From the IMG/VR virus record IMGVR_UViG_3300021091_000020, positions 1 through 64,000 of that record: DNA of 64,000 nucleotides; one strand, given 5' to 3'. Shown here piece after piece: positions 58,350 through 64,000 of this stretch. The notes beneath the pieces were generated by a model. It was not told where the DNA came from. It saw only the letters and a list, made by a program, of their open reading frames with translations, and did not search any database. Both the position numbers and the translations under genes were made by a program. This DNA comes from a virus. The number at the start of each line of letters is the position of its first letter. Position 1 is the stretch's first letter.

Positions 58350-58844
58350 TTATTTCTTATCTGTTGAACCAAAACCACCATCACCTCTATTACTATCGGA
58401 CAATTCTTTTACTTCTTCCAAGTGAACTTTTGGATATGGTATGATTACCAATTGAGCAACTTTGTCACCAATAACTGGAATTATTCCTTCGTTTACGCCT
58501 GAATATGGTAACTCAAATCTTACAAGAATTTCACCACGATAATTTGAATCAATAACACCTACTGAATTTTTAAGTGAGACACCTGGTGCCGATTTTGTAA
58601 TTGAACTTCTTGGAAATAGAAGTCCAACATGGCCATGTGGAATTTCTACAGCAATACCAGTTCCAAATTCCATAAAGGTATCTGATACTCTAAATGATGT
58701 TGCTGTCAAATCCATACCAGCATCACCATCTTGAGCATATTGTGGTGTTACTGCTTCTGAAACTAATTTACGAAATTTTACGGTTAGATCAAAATCATTT
58801 TTATATTCTACCGTAACATTAGGATTCGATGTATGCCAACCCAT
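58350..58844 (-). CDS. dut: dUTPase (trimeric)
   Basis: AGMDL, PRSS, GVIDSNYRGEI, AQL, RGDGGFGST. Confidence 0.95.
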   Translation of the reverse strand: MGWHTSNPNVTVEYKNDFDLTVKFRKLVSEAVTPQYAQDGDAGMDLTATSFRVSDTFMEFGTGIAVEIPHGHVGLLFPRSSITKSAPGVSLKNSVGVIDSNYRGEILVRFELPYSGVNEGIIPVIGDKVAQLVIIPYPKVHLEEVKELSDSNRGDGGFGSTDKK

Positions 58845-58845
58845 T

Positions 58846-59595
58846 TTAACCTCCTACATTCCAAAATAATGCATCTTCCGATGCGTGTTCTTTAATAAAT
58901 GACCAAACTTTTGAGTCATAGTAATCCGAAGAAGGAAATGGTGGCTTCTCTGCCGGTTTACATTTTTGTTCAAATTTATATTTCGATATGAATACTTCTG
59001 CCCTACCCCTCTCTCTGTCTGTTGTATTATGGCCAACCCTAACACCATAGACTTTTGCATCTGGCCATGCCCTCTGTAATCCTCTTGAAAGAACTCCCGA
59101 ACTTATACAAGACCAAACTTCTTTTGGTTTGATTGGCAACTGACTAGCAATTCTGGCAACTTCATCAATAACAACAGGATGATCAAGACCGAATGGCAAC
59201 AATTGTGTATCGGGTGTTTCAAGGGCATACTTTTTAGCAACACTTTGGATGTGTGTTAGAAACCCCATAGGAACTTCTATGATGTTTGCACCAATAGATA
59301 TTGCTTCTTCGGTTAGTGGTAAGTGTTTTCCTTTTGGAATAACAACGGTTGCCTTCAATCCTAAATCTTTACAAGCATAAGCAAGTGCTACTTGAGCATA
59401 GCCAACTCTTGGAGACGCATATACCCATTCACGAACATGGGATTGTGATTGAAGATAACGATAAAGGAAACGTCTTTTTGTTCCACCCGGAAGCAAATCA
59501 TCACGGACTACCCAAATGTTTTCGTGTTTTTCGATAACAATTTCAGGTAAAGTTATAGTGACATCTTTCGTGGGATATTGAAAGAAGTCTGTCAT
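58846..59595 (-). CDS. PLP-dependent enzyme, fold type II (TrpB/ACC-deaminase-like)
   Basis: VVRDDLLPGGTKRR (PLP lysine), GYAQVALA, SSGVL, YDSKVW, LFWNVG. Confidence 0.8.
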   Translation of the reverse strand: MTDFFQYPTKDVTITLPEIVIEKHENIWVVRDDLLPGGTKRRFLYRYLQSQSHVREWVYASPRVGYAQVALAYACKDLGLKATVVIPKGKHLPLTEEAISIGANIIEVPMGFLTHIQSVAKKYALETPDTQLLPFGLDHPVVIDEVARIASQLPIKPKEVWSCISSGVLSRGLQRAWPDAKVYGVRVGHNTTDRERGRAEVFISKYKFEQKCKPAEKPPFPSSDYYDSKVWSFIKEHASEDALFWNVGG

Positions 59596-59603
59596 GTGTC
59601 ACC

Positions 59604-59861
59604 TTAAAGACTATTGATAATTTGTTCGTAATATGACATTGGTTTTAATCCAACAACTTGCTGAACTACTTTACCATGTTTTTCAAACAAAACAGTTGGA
59701 ACTGCACGAACACCATATTGTTGTGCTATTTCTGAATTTTGATCAATATCTATTTTTTGATAGCCAATCATTGGATATTCCCCAACTATTTTTTGTATGA
59801 TTGGCGTTAATTGTTTACACGGTTGGCACCATGCTGCTGTGAAATGTTTTATTGTAATCAT
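59604..59861 (-). CDS. Thioredoxin
   Basis: FTAAWCQPCK, VRAVPT. Confidence 0.9.
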   Translation of the reverse strand: MITIKHFTAAWCQPCKQLTPIIQKIVGEYPMIGYQKIDIDQNSEIAQQYGVRAVPTVLFEKHGKVVQQVVGLKPMSYYEQIINSL

Positions 59862-59892
59862 AATATATTACATATTGTTAAAAATGTATAAT

Positions 59893-59924
59893 CAAATATA
59901 TGAATTTTTGAAATAAAAAGCAAG
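59893..59924 (-). promoter_or_regulatory. Bacteroidota-type promoter heading the replication/modification operon
   Basis: On the - strand: CTTG, N20, TATATTTG. Confidence 0.7.
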
Positions 59925-59935
59925 CAAATACTTTA

Positions 59936-60247
59936 TTAAAATTCATCACCTTCTATTTGTATGTCTTTTATACTTGAGAATATGGATGATAAAGAAAACC
60001 CACTATTTGAGTCCATCCCAGCAAAAAAGTTAGTGTCAGGCATATTTTCTCTATCATCTGTTTCTTCCAGAGGAATTGCTTCTTCGTCTGGTTCATTCAA
60101 TTCACCGAAAGAATTACATAATATTTGGTATATTTTATTGTCATACTCTACTATATGAGACATATCTGTAAAATCTTCGGTATCAAAGTTGTAATATGGT
60201 GCAGTTTCAAGTATGATACCTTTTTTATAGACATGTAAATTTTTCAT
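59936..60247 (-). CDS. Acidic hypothetical protein
   Basis: GGAGG RBS. Confidence 0.6.
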   Translation of the reverse strand: MKNLHVYKKGIILETAPYYNFDTEDFTDMSHIVEYDNKIYQILCNSFGELNEPDEEAIPLEETDDRENMPDTNFFAGMDSNSGFSLSSIFSSIKDIQIEGDEF

Positions 60248-60262
60248 AAAAAACCTCCAATT

Positions 60263-63200
60263 CTATGTTGATATTGCAATTTTTAAATATACTTCATCAT
60301 TTGGTGTTTTAATAATTGGTTTACTTGGTTTAGCTATAGCAACCAATTCATTTTGATCACTGTAAAATCCTATTGCTGTAATATATGTAATCGGTTCATT
60401 ATCAAAACACTCATTCTTTATTTTTCCTTTCTGTGATAGTGCATTGTCAGAAACAACAAATGTGGGATTATTACTATAATTTGCTTCCATGTGTTTTATC
60501 TTTAAAAGGTATTCTGTTCTTATTTTCTTATGGGCTTTTCTAGCTCTAATAGGATTATTCAAAGAAGCGGCACCACTTATTGATGTAAATATTTTACTGG
60601 AATTATCACCATTTATATTACTGCCGGTTACGGTATTAAAGCTCAATTCATTACGCAATTTTTTTCCATCCAATACAACTAAATTTAATAAAGGATATAT
60701 TGTTCCATAAGTATGCAATGAACTTGTATTATAGTATCCGTTTACTAAACTACCACTAACAATATCAAATGATGTATACGGTGATGTTGAACAAAATTCT
60801 TCATTTCTTAAATCATTTGAAGTATCTATCAAAGTTATTATTTTTTTCGATGAACTGACTTGAACATTACTACCAGTAAATACATTGTTGGCATAAGTAC
60901 CACCATTTAATTCTGCCAAACTTAATTCAAAGTTTCCAGGATCTATACCATCTTTTGCATATTCACTATAAAAGTTAATAGTATAAATTTCATCAACATT
61001 TTGGTCAATCACGCCATTTGTGTAGAAACTAAATTTAGTTGTTGGTGATTCTTGTGTTATCAATCTGTATCTCGAATAAACAGCGCGTGATGGTGAATCA
61101 TTTGACTCAAATGAACTCTGAACTGATCCTGAACCATTAAAGTTACCATAACTAACTGCAAAATATGGAGAGTATGTTTCACATTGATGACAACCTACAA
61201 CGTCTCTATGATATTCATATGAGGAACTTCTTTGCATAGAAGAAGTGAAATAACAATCAGGACTATCTGAATTATTGAACATCGGATAATTTTCTATTAT
61301 TTCTTTTGCATATAAAATATCCGTTTCAGGATTTATCTTATGATGAACTTTAACATCAACTTTACCACAATCAATGCTAACCGAATATCTAGTTTCTGTT
61401 TTCTTTGGTAATTTGTTTGGTGGAATTATTTGATTATCATAATAATAAAGACCATCATCCAAACAAATTTCATAAACATTATCTATGTATATTTCTCTGC
61501 ATCCACATGGATCATCGGGATCAATAACTGGTGTTCCAGCAACTTTTATTTCTATACAATCACACATTATTTTTTCGGGTTTTTCCCAAACTGTTTGTGT
61601 AGTTGTGATATACTCTATACTTCCGCTAAAAAATCCATTGTAACGCTTCCAAGCAAAACCATCGAATATAACATTTTCTTCTCCCTCATTCAACGGCGAT
61701 GCATCTGTCCAGCAATCTTTACTATGAGTCACTTCATAGTATTCTGTAATATCGTATACCGTTTTATATCCCTGATAACATGGAGATTGAGGATCTCTTG
61801 TTTTTATAGTTTCTGTTAATTCCTCATTTCTTATTTTTGTTATTTTAGGAACAAAACCAATTATTTTTGGTAATTTTTCTTCAGGAACTTCATCTATTCC
61901 TACTACGAATTGAAACGAAGGATCTACAAATTCTTTTGCTTCTAAAAATGGATTACTACTGTATGGAATCCACACGGCATCTTCACAATTTACATATTCT
62001 GGTTTAACATCGGCTGCAAGATCCGAACCGGGTGCCTTTGGATATTCGTCTCTAAAATCCCATCTATATGAACTTTGAGTGCAAGGAGTTTCACCTATTA
62101 CTTTATTTTTGAAACGAGTTATGTCATAAGGAATAACATATTTATCAACCGCATCTTTTAATACCAATTTACCAAAAACTCCTTTAGGTTCTTGATCAAT
62201 CAATATAGGAAGATTACCAAACGAATAACTGTAATATTTTTCATTTTCTTGAAGATATGGTTGCCAATGTCTATTATTCATCTCCTCATATGCATTTTGT
62301 TTCAATATATGATTCAAGAGAGTTATTCTTGTTTCTCCGTTAATAAAAGAAAGTTCATAATCTTTCATTCTATCTAACGTGACTGGATCTCCAGGTTTTA
62401 ATCCCGGTAAACCCATTTTGTATTTTCTATTTCTATCTGCACCAGTTAGAGCGGATCTTATATTATTTGCATGGTGATTATACCCTTGACTTAATGGAAA
62501 TAACGAATTAATTTGACTAACACTAAATCTGTATTCATATTTAACAGAGTTCCAATCAAATAAATCTTCACAATCTTGATTTATGCTAGTTACTAATTGA
62601 CCTCTTGCTAAAATATAATCTGGATAAAGAATACCAACAAACATACGTACTGTGCCAAATGATGGATTTTGTATATCTCTGTAAGTTGGAATATACATAT
62701 ACAAATCTGCAATTAGATTGAAAACTCCTGGAATTACTCTATTATTTACTTCCGCAATAGTTCGGGTTCTCTTTTTTACTCTACCACGTGAATCTCTTTC
62801 AATATCGTATGTTGGAACAAATCGTATATCTCTAAAAAAGTAATTTGCAAATTGTGGATTTGGTCCGTTTGGAACATAATACTTTCTATCATCTTCGTAA
62901 TTATCAACAGGAATTATGTATGCCGGATTCAAAGAATGAAAACCATCAATAGTATTTCCACTCAAAGTATTTCGTGCTCTTTCATTTTCTATTTCCAAAT
63001 AAGAACGTGTACTGGCATAAACATCATTTGCATATCCAGTTGTTCCGAATCTAAATGTTGGTGCAAGAATCAATCCTTTTGATGTCTCTATCCACATATC
63101 TTTCGCATCAAATGATAATGGAGGACATCCGGATGAACCCATGAGCAATGCTTTATCGGTAACAAAACTTAAAGATCTCCTGTTTCCTAAAAAATAATCA

Positions 63201-64000
63201 GGTATAGGTTTTAATATATTACCATCTTTATCTAATTGAGTTCCAATTGGTAAATTTTTTGGTCCGGTATAATTTGGTGGGTATCCTGCGTCATTTTGCA
63301 AAATTGTGTATGGATTTACAAAAAGTGTTGCTCTTCCAGGATATAAACCATTGAATGTATTTGGAACATTTCTTAAACATATCCAAGGACTACGATAAAA
63401 TCCTTCACGGCCAATTTCAACTCCTGGTGGTATTTGACCAAATTTATTTTGATCCCATTGACCACCGTACCATAGAACCATTCCTTTTGCCACTTGTGTA
63501 GCATCAAGTGGCTTAACGTATTCGGTTGGCCTATAAAATGCATTTGCTGGTGGAATAACGGCTGCGGATGATGCATTTGTTAGACCAGCAAGATTTGTTG
63601 TTGAAGTGATATTACCTGAATTTACAAGTGAAATGTTTCCCGATTTAAAAATTTCATCTTGGTATCTGGATGTTCTATAAAATGGTCCAGATCTAGTACC
63701 ATCTGGATTATCTACCCAATATTTTTCAGCTTGATATGCAAAACTTGGACTTCCCCATTCGGGTATCCATTCCCAGTCTATGAATTTTACATACATTCCA
63801 AAAAAATCAAGAAAGCCCTTATCGTTTTTTTGAAAATTTTCTCGGCCTGCGGGTGGATTGTTAAAATTTAACCAATTCATATCTAATTTTTCATCACTAG
63901 AATTTTCATCAAGTGCCACCGTTCTAGCAACTAGTATGTTATCATTTCCTCTTGCCGGCGGTTTTGATAACCCGTAATATATGTATAGTTTATCCAGCGT
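60263..64000 (-). CDS. Large virion structural protein, probably tail/baseplate-associated (5' end outside the window)
   Basis: The frame is open from 64000. The C-terminal F.VSYG...GSGS...IDPGN.EL...N.S.NPTF...YIT.IG.Y....EL.AIAK.SKP..K pattern is recalled from virion proteins of large aquatic phages. Confidence 0.7.
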   Translation of the reverse strand, partial: TLDKLYIYYGLSKPPARGNDNILVARTVALDENSSDEKLDMNWLNFNNPPAGRENFQKNDKGFLDFFGMYVKFIDWEWIPEWGSPSFAYQAEKYWVDNPDGTRSGPFYRTSRYQDEIFKSGNISLVNSGNITSTTNLAGLTNASSAAVIPPANAFYRPTEYVKPLDATQVAKGMVLWYGGQWDQNKFGQIPPGVEIGREGFYRSPWICLRNVPNTFNGLYPGRATLFVNPYTILQNDAGYPPNYTGPKNLPIGTQLDKDGNILKPIPDYFLGNRRSLSFVTDKALLMGSSGCPPLSFDAKDMWIETSKGLILAPTFRFGTTGYANDVYASTRSYLEIENERARNTLSGNTIDGFHSLNPAYIIPVDNYEDDRKYYVPNGPNPQFANYFFRDIRFVPTYDIERDSRGRVKKRTRTIAEVNNRVIPGVFNLIADLYMYIPTYRDIQNPSFGTVRMFVGILYPDYILARGQLVTSINQDCEDLFDWNSVKYEYRFSVSQINSLFPLSQGYNHHANNIRSALTGADRNRKYKMGLPGLKPGDPVTLDRMKDYELSFINGETRITLLNHILKQNAYEEMNNRHWQPYLQENEKYYSYSFGNLPILIDQEPKGVFGKLVLKDAVDKYVIPYDITRFKNKVIGETPCTQSSYRWDFRDEYPKAPGSDLAADVKPEYVNCEDAVWIPYSSNPFLEAKEFVDPSFQFVVGIDEVPEEKLPKIIGFVPKITKIRNEELTETIKTRDPQSPCYQGYKTVYDITEYYEVTHSKDCWTDASPLNEGEENVIFDGFAWKRYNGFFSGSIEYITTTQTVWEKPEKIMCDCIEIKVAGTPVIDPDDPCGCREIYIDNVYEICLDDGLYYYDNQIIPPNKLPKKTETRYSVSIDCGKVDVKVHHKINPETDILYAKEIIENYPMFNNSDSPDCYFTSSMQRSSSYEYHRDVVGCHQCETYSPYFAVSYGNFNGSGSVQSSFESNDSPSRAVYSRYRLITQESPTTKFSFYTNGVIDQNVDEIYTINFYSEYAKDGIDPGNFELSLAELNGGTYANNVFTGSNVQVSSSKKIITLIDTSNDLRNEEFCSTSPYTSFDIVSGSLVNGYYNTSSLHTYGTIYPLLNLVVLDGKKLRNELSFNTVTGSNINGDNSSKIFTSISGAASLNNPIRARKAHKKIRTEYLLKIKHMEANYSNNPTFVVSDNALSQKGKIKNECFDNEPITYITAIGFYSDQNELVAIAKPSKPIIKTPNDEVYLKIAIST

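Overview
The window is a 64-kb segment of a large, AT-rich, tailed dsDNA (jumbo-type) phage that uses the standard genetic code. Its host is very probably in the Bacteroidota/FCB group: TTTG-N19/20-TAnnTTTG promoters recur on both strands, the tmRNA tag is GNTTSYAMAA, and one gene carries a T9SS sorting domain. The + strand (1-19.2 kb) holds a tmRNA, a methyltransferase-nuclease-methyltransferase cassette, an early region of small genes behind near-identical promoters (including an ArdA-like protein), tRNA-Leu(UAA), a holin-like gene with a secreted CHAP lysin, a degenerate HNH protein, GroES/GroEL and several proteins with MIKLxDIL.E leaders. The - strand (19.2-64 kb) holds further putative head-packaged proteins, a GH19 lysin, a T9SS-cargo/fibre operon, a ~16-kb glycosyltransferase and sugar-methyltransferase cluster, and a T4-like replication module (PolB, clamp, clamp loader, nuclease, dUTPase, thioredoxin). 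That module is interleaved with three paralogous amino-methyltransferases, a T4 alpha-glucosyltransferase-like gene, a DUF1599-like gene and a PLP enzyme. The best candidate for a new system is replisome-tethered DNA modification: the polymerase, the glucosyltransferase, two methyltransferases and the degenerate HNH protein share a (Q/S/E)KFF motif resembling a clamp-binding peptide. All family assignments come from motif recognition by eye; no searches were run.
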